From an uncultured Thermoanaerobaculia bacterium (GTDB lineage Bacteria; Acidobacteriota; Thermoanaerobaculia; Thermoanaerobaculales; Sulfomarinibacteraceae), in contig CAYRFI010000006.1 in the NCBI GenBank assembly GCA_964423595.1, forward strand, positions 8,458-72,457: DNA of 64,000 nt, written 5' to 3'. A program made the translations under genes and the position numbers. Under the pieces are notes generated by a model that saw nothing but the letters and a program-made list of their open reading frames with translations, searched no databases and was not told the origin of the DNA. Positions 37,918 to 45,906 of this stretch are shown here, in pieces. Positions within the stretch are counted from its first letter, which is position 1, and every line of letters begins with the position of its first letter.

Positions 37918-38901
37918 ATGAGATACCCTCGACCCGTGGAAACCCTGACCACCGATCTCAAGCTCCGGGCGATCGAGGAGGGATTTGACCTTGTCGGCAT
38001 CGCTGGAGCCGGCAGGGCGCAAAGTGCCGGTAAGCTAGAGCGTTGGCTCGACGCCGGAATGCACGGCGAAATGAGTTACATGGTGCGCGCCCGTCGCGTC
38101 CGCTCTGATCCACGGCTGCTGCTGCCTGGATGCACCTCGGTGGTCGCAGTGGCCATGAGCTACCGCTGCTCCCAACCCGATTCGACCACGTTCGCGGCCG
38201 GCGACGGCCGTGTGTGGGTTTCCCGTTACGCGTGGGGGCGCGACTACCATCGCATCCTCAAAAAGAAACTGGTCAGACTCGGACGTTGGCTCGCGGAACA
38301 ACGGCCCGGCGCCCGTTGGCGGGCCTGTGTTGACACCGCACCGATCCTCGAACGTGAGTGGGCGGCACGGGCTGGGCTGGGTTGGATCGGGAAAAACACA
38401 CTGCTCCTCAATCGTGATTTCGGCTCCGAGCTTTTTCTGGGCATTCTCCTCACCGATCAACGACTGATTCCGGATGGACCCAGTCCCGAATACTGCGGCA
38501 GCTGTACGGCGTGCCTCGATGCCTGCCCCACCGCAGCCTTTGTCGAACCAAAGATGCTGGACGCCCGGCGATGCGTCGGCTACCTGACGGTGGAGCACAG
38601 ATCCTCCATTGCGGACGATCTGCGGCACAGTGTCGGTACGATGGTAGCCGGCTGCGACATCTGCCAGGAGGTGTGTCCGTGGAATCGGCGCGCCCCGGCC
38701 GATCTCCACCCGGAGTTCGCCCCGGATGCCCGGCGCCTCCGGCCGCAACTTGCAGACCTCGAGCGTCTCGATGAGGAAGGATATGGCGAGTGGCGAAAGG
38801 GAAGCGCTCTCAATCGCATCGCTTTCGCACAGTTTCGCCGCAATCTCGAGGTGATTCGAGAAAATCTCAATCACCGCGATGGGCTCATAGCTAACAGCTA
38901 A
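37918..38901 (+). CDS. queG: Epoxyqueuosine reductase
   Basis: Two 4Fe-4S motifs, CGSCTACLDACPTAAF and CDICQEVCPWN, plus GLGWIGKNTLLLN, typical of QueG. Confidence 0.9.
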   Translation: MRYPRPVETLTTDLKLRAIEEGFDLVGIAGAGRAQSAGKLERWLDAGMHGEMSYMVRARRVRSDPRLLLPGCTSVVAVAMSYRCSQPDSTTFAAGDGRVWVSRYAWGRDYHRILKKKLVRLGRWLAEQRPGARWRACVDTAPILEREWAARAGLGWIGKNTLLLNRDFGSELFLGILLTDQRLIPDGPSPEYCGSCTACLDACPTAAFVEPKMLDARRCVGYLTVEHRSSIADDLRHSVGTMVAGCDICQEVCPWNRRAPADLHPEFAPDARRLRPQLADLERLDEEGYGEWRKGSALNRIAFAQFRRNLEVIRENLNHRDGLIANS

Positions 38902-38920
38902 TTGCCAATAGCTTGTCAGG
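38886..38920. repeat. Solitary heptad-word array (NNNAGCT x5) spanning the convergent queG and infC stop codons
   Basis: CATAGCT-AACAGCT-AATTGCC-AATAGCT-TGTCAGG. No partner arm or G-run core is seen nearby. Confidence 0.4.
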
Positions 38921-39467
38921 TCTTCTTGCTCGGTCGCATGACCATGGTCAAATCACGACCCTCGAGCTTGGTCGGCATACGTTCGATGATCGCCACGTCC
39001 TCGAGATACTCCCCCACACGTTTGAGCAATTCGAACCCGTTCTCCGGCCGCCGCATCTCGCGCATCCGGAACATGATTGTGACCTTGACGTGCTTCCCCT
39101 GTTCGAGGAACTTGCGAGCGCGACGGGTCTTCGTTTCGAAGTCGTGAATGTTGATGTTGGGTCTGTATTTGACCTCTTTGACGTCGACCTGGTGTTGCTG
39201 TTTTTTGGCTTCGCGGGCTTTCTTTTCCTGCTCGTAACGGAAACGCCCGTAGTCCATGATCTTGCACACGATGGGTCGCGAAGTGGCTGCGACCTCGACG
39301 AGATCGAGGCCCTTCTCTTTGGCGAGCGCGAGGGCCTCTTCGACCGGCACAACTCCAACCTGATTTCCTTCGTCGTCAACCAGGCGTACCGGAGAGAGTC
39401 TGATTCGTTCATTGATACGCACCTGCGGTGCATCGGGGTCGTCACGAAACGCGAACTTTCTGATAAT
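38916..39467 (-). CDS. infC: Translation initiation factor IF-3
   Basis: INERIRLSPVRLVDDEGNQVGVV, KGLDLVEV, PIVCKIMDYGRFRYEQ and KEVKYRPNINIHD. The likely start is ATT 39467 (or ATC 39464) just after AAAGGAGG (39471-39478). In-frame GTG 39530 is the longest alternative. Confidence 0.9.
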   Translation of the reverse strand: MIRKFAFRDDPDAPQVRINERIRLSPVRLVDDEGNQVGVVPVEEALALAKEKGLDLVEVAATSRPIVCKIMDYGRFRYEQEKKAREAKKQQHQVDVKEVKYRPNINIHDFETKTRRARKFLEQGKHVKVTIMFRMREMRRPENGFELLKRVGEYLEDVAIIERMPTKLEGRDLTMVMRPSKKT

Positions 39468-39579
39468 CGTCCTCCTTTGGTCAGTGTTTTCGATCGGTTG
39501 ACGTTGGCCGTCCGCGACGGCCGACAACACAAAGCGGAGTATACCACCCGAGCATGCAAAACCCCCGGTCTGTCAACGA

Positions 39580-41220
39580 TCAATCACTCGCCACCGGCCG
39601 ACCCACAACCCGTACCCAGACCACAACCACCACGAGCCCGAAGACCAACAGTACTGACGCCGTGGCATCCGTCAGAGCCTCCGGCAGGTACCCGGCAAGG
39701 ACCGCTGCAGTGGCAGCGAAGAGCGCGTAGGGGAGCTGTGTGCGAACGTGGTCCACATGGTCACAACCGGAAGCCATCGACGACAGAATGGTCGTATCTG
39801 AGATCGGCGAACAGTGATCGCCGAACACCGATCCGCCCAGGATCGACGCCACCGTCGCGGCCAGCACGTGGTGACTCGCGGCCGAGGCCTCGAGCACCAG
39901 AGGCACGGCCAGAGGGGTGAGGATAGCCATCGTCCCCCACGAGGTGCCGGTGGCAAACGACACCGCCGCCGCAGCGAGAAAGATCGCCACAGGCAACGCG
40001 GCCGTTGGCAGGTTCGGCCCGACCGCACCTTTGATGAAAATGGCCGTTCCGAGGTCGCTGCACACCTGGCCCAGCGACCAGGCGAGTGTCAAGACGATGA
40101 ATGCCAGGAACATGCTTTTGAAACCGGTCACGGCGGCAGAAACCGCCTGTCGCACGCTGAGAATGTCCTGCAGCACGGCGAGTAGGATGGCGCTGGTGAG
40201 GCCGATCAGGCTCGCCCACAAAAGGGTGGTGAATGGATCCGAGGCACCGATGATCCGGCTCAGGGAATGGGTCACGGCGCCCGACGCGCGGAGGCTCGCG
40301 GACCCGGTATGGTACAGACCGACCAGGGTCGAGAAGACGACAGCCACAACTGGCACGGCCGCATTCCACCAGCGGCACGGCGCGCCATCTTCGGGCGCCA
40401 GGTCACTTTCCTCGTAGTTGGCCAGTGGCTGAGAGCCGTCCGCCAGAACCTCTCCGGTTCGGGCTCTCCTCTCGGCTCGTAGCATCGGTCCCCAGTCGCG
40501 GCCCGATACTGCGATGGCAAGAGTAGTGGCGAGGGCGAAGACCGGGTAGAAGGCAAAGGGGAGCGACGACAGGAAAACGGAAAACGGGTTCAGGTCGGAT
40601 CCGGCCTTGGAAAGTGCGTCACCGACCAGCGAGACCTCGTACCCGATCCAGGTGGAGACCAGGGCAACGCACGCAACCGGTGCTGCCGTGGCGTCCACCA
40701 GAAATGCCAGCTTCTCCCGGCTGACTTTGTGGCGATCCGTCACCGGGCGCATGGTGTTTCCGACGATCAGGGTATTGGAGTAATCATCAAAAAAAATCAA
40801 AACACCCATGACCCAGGTCACCACCTGAGCACGGCGCGGCGTGGTCGCCAATGGCTCGAGAGCACGGACAACCCCGACGGTGCCTCCGCTCCGGCTCATC
40901 ACGCCGACCATGCCACCGAGCAACATAGAAAAAACGATGATGCTCATGTGGTCCGGATCGACGAGCGCGTCGCGGATATTGGTATCGATGAACCGCAGGA
41001 ACCCAGCGGCCGGGTTGCCGCCTGCGACCATCGTGGTGCCAATCCACACCCCGACGATGAGGGCGATCAGGACATCACGAAATGCCAGGGCGAACACGAT
41101 CGCGACCAGCGGGGGCAACAAACTCCACCACGAGTTGACAGCCGACTCCCCACCCGGCAACACGGCGAGGACGCCGAGAGCTGCGAGCAGGACCAGAGCG
41201 ATCTTCAACCAGTGTGGCAC
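39580..41220 (-). CDS. Na+/H+ antiporter NhaC-family membrane protein
   Basis: Polytopic protein with SLLPPLVAIVFALAFRDVLIALIVGVW and IFFDDYSNTLIVGNTMRP, typical of NhaC-like proteins. Start is uncertain: GTG 41220 is preferred because 41221-41334 (ATG 41334) translates a hexamer/heptamer repeat (PIPIPFP, GIGIGFGF). Confidence 0.8.
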   Translation of the reverse strand: MPHWLKIALVLLAALGVLAVLPGGESAVNSWWSLLPPLVAIVFALAFRDVLIALIVGVWIGTTMVAGGNPAAGFLRFIDTNIRDALVDPDHMSIIVFSMLLGGMVGVMSRSGGTVGVVRALEPLATTPRRAQVVTWVMGVLIFFDDYSNTLIVGNTMRPVTDRHKVSREKLAFLVDATAAPVACVALVSTWIGYEVSLVGDALSKAGSDLNPFSVFLSSLPFAFYPVFALATTLAIAVSGRDWGPMLRAERRARTGEVLADGSQPLANYEESDLAPEDGAPCRWWNAAVPVVAVVFSTLVGLYHTGSASLRASGAVTHSLSRIIGASDPFTTLLWASLIGLTSAILLAVLQDILSVRQAVSAAVTGFKSMFLAFIVLTLAWSLGQVCSDLGTAIFIKGAVGPNLPTAALPVAIFLAAAAVSFATGTSWGTMAILTPLAVPLVLEASAASHHVLAATVASILGGSVFGDHCSPISDTTILSSMASGCDHVDHVRTQLPYALFAATAAVLAGYLPEALTDATASVLLVFGLVVVVVWVRVVGRPVASD

Positions 41221-41241
41221 CGAAGGGAGGGTAGCACGGTA

Positions 41242-41317
41242 GAATCCGAACCCGATCCCGATTCCGTATTTTTGTCGTGTGCGCCGCCACGTTTTCGGGA
41301 ACGGGATCGGGATCGGA
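41242..41317. repeat. Hairpin with CCCGAT-word arms (H7-like, no clear G-run core) between nhaC-like and recO
   Basis: GAATCCGAACCCGATCCCGATTCCG ... CGGGAACGGGATCGGGATCGGA. The arms are largely complementary, and the loop is TATTTTTGTCGTGTGCGCCGCCACGTTTT. Confidence 0.55.
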
Positions 41318-41340
41318 CAAGGCTTCGATACCATACCCAC

Positions 41341-42012
41341 GTGCCAACGATTGACGACGAAGCCCTGGTCCTTGACCACCACCCGTTCGGCGACCGCCAT
41401 CTGGTGCTGGCGGTGCTCACCCACCGGTACGGTGTGCAGCGTGGCGTATTGAGGCGAGCCCGTGGCGGTAAGGCGCCGACTGCGGTAGCGGCTCAGATCA
41501 TGTCGTTAGTGCACGTTGGCCTTTCCCAGAAACCCGAGGCCGAACTCGCCACCTTCCGCCACTTCGATCTGGTGACGAGTTCGTTTCCGCTGACCCGCGA
41601 GCTCGCCAGGTCTGCCGCGGCCGCGGTTGTTTCCGAGCTTCTGATCACCTACTGTCCGCCGGCCGAGCCCTCGGAGCGCGCTTTTCGGCTCGGCGTTTCG
41701 TGCCTCGAGGCGCTTCTTGAGGAAACCCCGGCCGACACCGTAGTTGCCTATGCAGAATTCTGGATCCTCGCTCTCGGCGGGGTGCTGCCCCCGGGAACGA
41801 CCATCGCGGAGGAGCTTGACAGGGATGACGCCGGTCTTCTCGCCGTGTTCCGGAACAAGGCGGTGAACGAGGTACCGACAACGGTGACACCAGCCGTCTC
41901 GAGGTGGCTCGACTCCCTGGTTCGAGGAGAGGCGGAAAGGCCTCTCCGTGCGTTGAGTTTCTATCGGCAGACATCCCCGTCCGGCGGAGCAATCGGTGGA
42001 TCGATTCGCTGA
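41341..42012 (+). CDS. recO: DNA repair protein RecO
   Basis: EALVLDHHPFGDRHLVLAVLTHRYGVQRGVLRRARG (OB-fold start) and a later helical domain. GTG 41341 is chosen. The 200 tracked upstream codons are antisense to nhaC. Confidence 0.8.
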   Translation: MPTIDDEALVLDHHPFGDRHLVLAVLTHRYGVQRGVLRRARGGKAPTAVAAQIMSLVHVGLSQKPEAELATFRHFDLVTSSFPLTRELARSAAAAVVSELLITYCPPAEPSERAFRLGVSCLEALLEETPADTVVAYAEFWILALGGVLPPGTTIAEELDRDDAGLLAVFRNKAVNEVPTTVTPAVSRWLDSLVRGEAERPLRALSFYRQTSPSGGAIGGSIR

Positions 42013-42685
42013 CGGAACCGGCGTGATCGGAATCGAAAGGCGGCCCGGCGTCACGGTGCTCGAATTCACGTCGCCAATCCTCTCTCTCGACGTCCTTGAC
42101 GGGTTCTCGGCAGCCCTGGAAGCACTGGCGGCGGATAACCTGCATGATCCCCTGGTCCTTTGCTCAGCGCATCCGAGCGTCTTTCTAGCCGGCGCCCACC
42201 TCGCCGAGATCGCCAACCTCGACGCCTCATCGAGCGGACCCTACGCGCAGCGCGGAAGGCGCGCCATCCGCAATCTGGAAAAGCACACCGCACCGACCGT
42301 CGCAGCGATCAATGGTTCCTGCTCCGGCGGCGGTTTTGACCTCGTCCTCGCCTGCGACGCGCTGATCGCAGGTCCCGGCGCACGCTTCAGCCATCCCGGC
42401 ATCCGACGTGGCCTGGTCACGGGTTGGTCCGGGACTACCCGCCTGCCCTCAGCACTTGGAAGCGCCATCGCTCGCGCTGCGTTGCTGGAGACCCGCGAAC
42501 TCGATCCGCTCACTCTCTCGAACCACGGGGCAATCTTGTCCTCGTCCGAAGACCCCATCGCGGACGCAATCGAAACGGCCCGACGAATGGCCTCTCTGGA
42601 TCCGGCGAGATGGCGCCTGTGGCGGGCGCTCCGGGGACCAGGTTTCATTGACAGATTCCACGCCTTCGTGGTACATAAGTTATGA
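41996..42685 (+). CDS. Enoyl-CoA hydratase/isomerase (crotonase) family protein
   Basis: FLAGAHLAEI, VAAINGSCSGGGFDLVLACD and FSHPGIRRGL oxyanion-hole pattern. The GTG start overlaps the recO 3' end. Confidence 0.8.
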   Translation: MDRFADGTGVIGIERRPGVTVLEFTSPILSLDVLDGFSAALEALAADNLHDPLVLCSAHPSVFLAGAHLAEIANLDASSSGPYAQRGRRAIRNLEKHTAPTVAAINGSCSGGGFDLVLACDALIAGPGARFSHPGIRRGLVTGWSGTTRLPSALGSAIARAALLETRELDPLTLSNHGAILSSSEDPIADAIETARRMASLDPARWRLWRALRGPGFIDRFHAFVVHKL

Positions 42686-42786
42686 CAGTGGAGGACTTGC
42701 CACAATCCAATTCGAAACATTCTGGCGCCATTTGACGGTCGTATCTCGGTCGGGTGACGCGGCCGCGAGAGGAAGTTGGGAGAGCC

Positions 42787-44010
42787 ATGAGCCGCACGAT
42801 TCTGCTAGCCGACGACAGCCTCACCATCCAAAAGGTCGTTGAGCTCACGTTTGCCGACACGGAGTACGAAGTCGTGGCGGTGTCGAACGGCGACGATCTC
42901 CTCCAGCGGCTCCCAGATGTCCAACCAGATCTCGTGATCTGTGACGTCATCATGCCCGGCCGGGACGGCTATGACGTGTGCCAGGAGATCAAATCGAGTT
43001 CGGAGTTCCTCCACCTTCCGGTCATTCTTTTGACCGGGACGTTCGAGCCATTTGATCGTGACCGGGCGATCGCAGTCGGCTGTTCCGAGATCATTACCAA
43101 GCCTTTCGAGGCGAAGAAGCTGGTCGACGCTGTGGAACGCCTCGCGGCGACACCAGCCGCACCTCCTCCATCAGCCGCCGACACGCAATCAATCGGTCCC
43201 GAGTACCTCTCCACGCCGGATACCGATAGCCAGCTTGACGACACCGAGGTCAGTCAGGAGTTCGGGCCCGGGAAAGCAATCACCGAGGATATGGCTGGCG
43301 CTGGTTCGTTTGACGAAATCGCGGTCGACGAAGCACCTGCCGGGCAGGATGTGGAACCGCCACAAGACGAGTTCGACCTCGACGACGACATCGGGGGTCT
43401 GGAACTGGACACGATGGATCTCCCCGATGTTGAGGCCCCGCTCGAAATCGGTGAGATTGCCGAGTCCACTACCGATCCCGCCAGTACCCTGGCCGCCGAG
43501 GATTTCGCCGCGATCGGGGAAACCGAAGAGGTCGGAACCATCGAAGGCAGCGGGGAACCCGTGCTGGTTGAAGAGGCCTTCATCGATGTCGGCGGGGAGG
43601 ACGAGCCGTTCCCGACCGACAAGAGAGATATCGAGGTGCCGCCACCCGAAAAGGCGGACGCCGATAGATCGCTGACGACGCCCATCGACGTCGCCGCGGT
43701 GATGGCCGACTACCAGCCCGAGCTTGAACCCGCGATGAACGACGAGGACGATGGATCGCCCACCAACGCGAAAGATGACGCCGACACGCAGGACTTCGGC
43801 GAAAAACCCCCGGCGCAGGCGGCACCTGGGGAGGCCAACAGAATCGGGCTCAGCGATGACGATGTGGATCGGATCGCGAGGCGCCTGCTGGAGCTGGCCT
43901 CCGACCGTATCGAGCACATTGCCTGGGACGTCATCCCGGATATGGCTGAGGTCGTCGTACGCGAACGGATGCGAGAGCTCGAGGCCAACGCGGAAACCGA
44001 GCCATCGTAG
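42787..44010 (+). CDS. Response regulator (CheY-like receiver) with ~240-aa acidic linker and conserved C-terminal helix
   Basis: Receiver: ILLADDSLTIQKVV...DLVICDVIMPGRDGYDVCQEIK...ITKPF. This is followed by a D/E/P-rich low-complexity region and the terminal RIARRLLELASDRIEHIAWDVIPDMAEVVVRERMRELE. Confidence 0.85.
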   Translation: MSRTILLADDSLTIQKVVELTFADTEYEVVAVSNGDDLLQRLPDVQPDLVICDVIMPGRDGYDVCQEIKSSSEFLHLPVILLTGTFEPFDRDRAIAVGCSEIITKPFEAKKLVDAVERLAATPAAPPPSAADTQSIGPEYLSTPDTDSQLDDTEVSQEFGPGKAITEDMAGAGSFDEIAVDEAPAGQDVEPPQDEFDLDDDIGGLELDTMDLPDVEAPLEIGEIAESTTDPASTLAAEDFAAIGETEEVGTIEGSGEPVLVEEAFIDVGGEDEPFPTDKRDIEVPPPEKADADRSLTTPIDVAAVMADYQPELEPAMNDEDDGSPTNAKDDADTQDFGEKPPAQAAPGEANRIGLSDDDVDRIARRLLELASDRIEHIAWDVIPDMAEVVVRERMRELEANAETEPS

Positions 44011-44108
44011 GCTTGAAGAGCATATCTATCTGCGCCCCTGTATAGTGAGTCGAAATCAACCCGAGGTCGATCAGTCGTCGTGACCGAAGGTGCCTGGAAG
44101 GAACGATT

Positions 44109-44885
44109 TTGAGAGAGCGTCTCGATCATCTCGTGAGGGAGCTGGCGAACCACGTCGAGAACCTGGTGCTCTTCGAGGTCACGGACTCGACGCACGCTCT
44201 TGCGAGGCGGATCATCGCAGAAATGGACGAGGAGAGCCAGAAGCTCGGAGCCACCCTGATCCTCGCCGACCGCCAGGAGAAAGGCGAGGGGCGGGGCGAC
44301 CGCAGCTGGGAGTCGCCGGCTGGCGGCCTCTACATGAGCTGGCTGAGGTCGGGGATCAAAGCGGAAACCATCGCCCAGCTCCCGATGCTGGCAGCCACCG
44401 CGGCCCACGACGCGATCACCCGGATCGGGGTTTCGGATGTTCGCATCAAATGGCCCAACGATATTCTGGTGGGTGGACGCAAGCTCGCCGGAATCCTCGT
44501 GTTCGCGCGACACGGTGATACGACCTGGGTGACCGTTGGGCTCGGCGTCAATCTCGAGACCACTCCGGTCATCGAAGCATCCAAAGGCCTACCGGCGACC
44601 TCGATCGGCGACCTTATCGGCGTGGGCGACGTGAGGGCCTGGAGGCACGATCTCGTCTGCACGTTTATTGATCAGCTCGATCACCTGATGGAGGACCCGG
44701 TGCCGGCAATCGATCGATGGCGAAACCTCCTGATCCAGCGACCGGGTGACGTCATCAGCGTCGTTCTCGCATCAGGGAGGTTAGTGTCCGGAACCCTCCT
44801 CGAATTCACCGAAGAAGGTTTCTTGAAGATTCGGGAAAACGGCAAAGAACGCGTCGTCACCGGCGGCGACGTCATCGAAAGCTAG
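44109..44885 (+). CDS. birA: Biotin--[acetyl-CoA-carboxylase] ligase (no N-terminal HTH)
   Basis: ADRQEKGEGRGDRSWESPAGGLYMS (GRGRxGRxW-type loop), KWPNDILVGGRKLAGILV, and a C-terminal SH3-like end. TTG start. Confidence 0.85.
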   Translation: MRERLDHLVRELANHVENLVLFEVTDSTHALARRIIAEMDEESQKLGATLILADRQEKGEGRGDRSWESPAGGLYMSWLRSGIKAETIAQLPMLAATAAHDAITRIGVSDVRIKWPNDILVGGRKLAGILVFARHGDTTWVTVGLGVNLETTPVIEASKGLPATSIGDLIGVGDVRAWRHDLVCTFIDQLDHLMEDPVPAIDRWRNLLIQRPGDVISVVLASGRLVSGTLLEFTEEGFLKIRENGKERVVTGGDVIES

Positions 44886-44988
44886 CGCCCGCCCATCCGG
44901 CTTCGCCTACCGGCTCCGTCCTGCTGACTTCGCCGTGACAAGTCGGCTACGCCGGGACAATCCCGTCCAGATACAAGATCCAAGATGG
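44886..44988. repeat. Left half of a split H7 element (C-run core + CAAGATN arm)
   Basis: CGCCCGCCCATCCGG starts right after the birA stop. The arm CAGATAC-AAGATCC-AAGATGG (44968-44988) is complementary to the arm at 45804-45831, about 0.8 kb away. Confidence 0.6.
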
Positions 44989-45120
44989 TGTCCCGTTCTG
45001 AAATAGATTGGCACACGAGTTCATCTACCCGTTCCGGTCGACAGTGCACCGGCTCTCGGGATTCCAGGTTCGTGGCCACGTCGGATGCCGGCGCCGGACG
45101 CTCGACGCACGACGGGTCGC

Positions 45121-45411
45121 TCACGATCTCGGATGGAGCAACCGCCATGTCATGACGCGGACCTCATCGAACAGCCGCAACGTTTTGCTTGCACGAGCAA
45201 CATCGACCACACCTGCATGGGCGAGGAGACGCAGGTGGCAGTCGACCTCGTTCGCCGAGCCGTACCCGATACGCCAGTGGTGTATCCGATTTCGTCCCGA
45301 TCGACCATGGCCCTCCGAGAGGTTCGCCGGGACCGAGCTCGCCGAACGAATCACTTGGTCGGCCAGGCACTTGAAAGGAGCCGGAACCCGCGTCACGAGG
45401 GTGATCGCCAT
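45121..45411 (-). CDS. Four-helix-bundle protein (23S rRNA intervening-sequence protein / Avd-like family)
   Basis: 96 aa. ADQVIRSASSVPANLSEGHGRSGRNRIHHWRIGYGSANEVDCHLRLL matches the family signature (S-I/V-P-x-N-I/L-x-E-G...GS-x-E) from memory. Confidence 0.8.
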   Translation of the reverse strand: MAITLVTRVPAPFKCLADQVIRSASSVPANLSEGHGRSGRNRIHHWRIGYGSANEVDCHLRLLAHAGVVDVARASKTLRLFDEVRVMTWRLLHPRS

Positions 45412-45467
45412 GGTCGCTGCCTGGAGGGCTTTGCGGCGGGCGATGAGGGTGCTGTCGGGGAGCGCAT

Positions 45468-45634
45468 CGAGCCGTGATCACCTCCGGGTCGTTCATACTC
45501 TCCCCAAGCTGGTGAGGCGGCCGGTGTCAAGGGTCGCGAAGCGACCGGCCACAGGCCGGCGGGCCCTTGATACCGGCCGGCTCGCCAGCTATTGCCCGCA
45601 TATTCATGAACGACCCGGAGGTGATCACGGCTCG
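45468..45634. repeat. 167-nt hairpin with perfect 29-bp terminal inverted repeat
   Basis: CGAGCCGTGATCACCTCCGGGTCGTTCAT (45468-45496) is the exact reverse complement of 45606-45634. The 109-nt interior has further pairing (GGCCGGTGTCAAGGG / CCCTTGATACCGGCC, 14/15; GGTCGC-GAA-GCGACC). Confidence 0.8.
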
Positions 45635-45787
45635 CTCCAAACCAGGCGGCCCGCTCACCGGCGCTGCCTCGTGCCGCTGCTGCCTGTCACTGCCGCTGAT
45701 CATCTCCGCCCTCGATAACCGACGCAGAGGCGATAGCTCCCCTGCGAGAACCGACAACTTCTCGCCAGAACGCGACAACTCTGATCC

Positions 45788-45831
45788 TTGGGTGGGAGGG
45801 CGGCCTTGCATCTTGTATCTTGCATCTGCTC
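45788..45831. repeat. Right half of the split H7 element (G-run core + arm)
   Basis: Core TTGGGTGGGAGGGCGG, then CCTTGCA-TCTTGTA-TCTTGCA-TCTGCTC. The reverse complement CAGATGCAAGATACAAGATGCAAGG matches the 44968-44988 arm. Confidence 0.6.
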
Positions 45832-45906
45832 TCCCCCGCTCCGATATGATTCTTATTGAACGATCACGTTCAACGGAGTTCATCCACCGCCGGTCAGGAG
45901 CTTGTT

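Noticed and set aside
40729-41340. The N-terminal 204 codons of the 427-aa ORF 40729-42012(+).
   Set aside because: This part is antisense to the NhaC-like membrane gene and is His/Arg/Asp-rich nonsense. Only the portion from GTG 41341 matches RecO.
45121-45411. The Avd-like four-helix-bundle gene considered as part of a diversity-generating retroelement.
   Set aside because: No reverse transcriptase ORF and no template/variable repeat pair are visible within the window. A DGR cannot be claimed from the 4HB gene alone.
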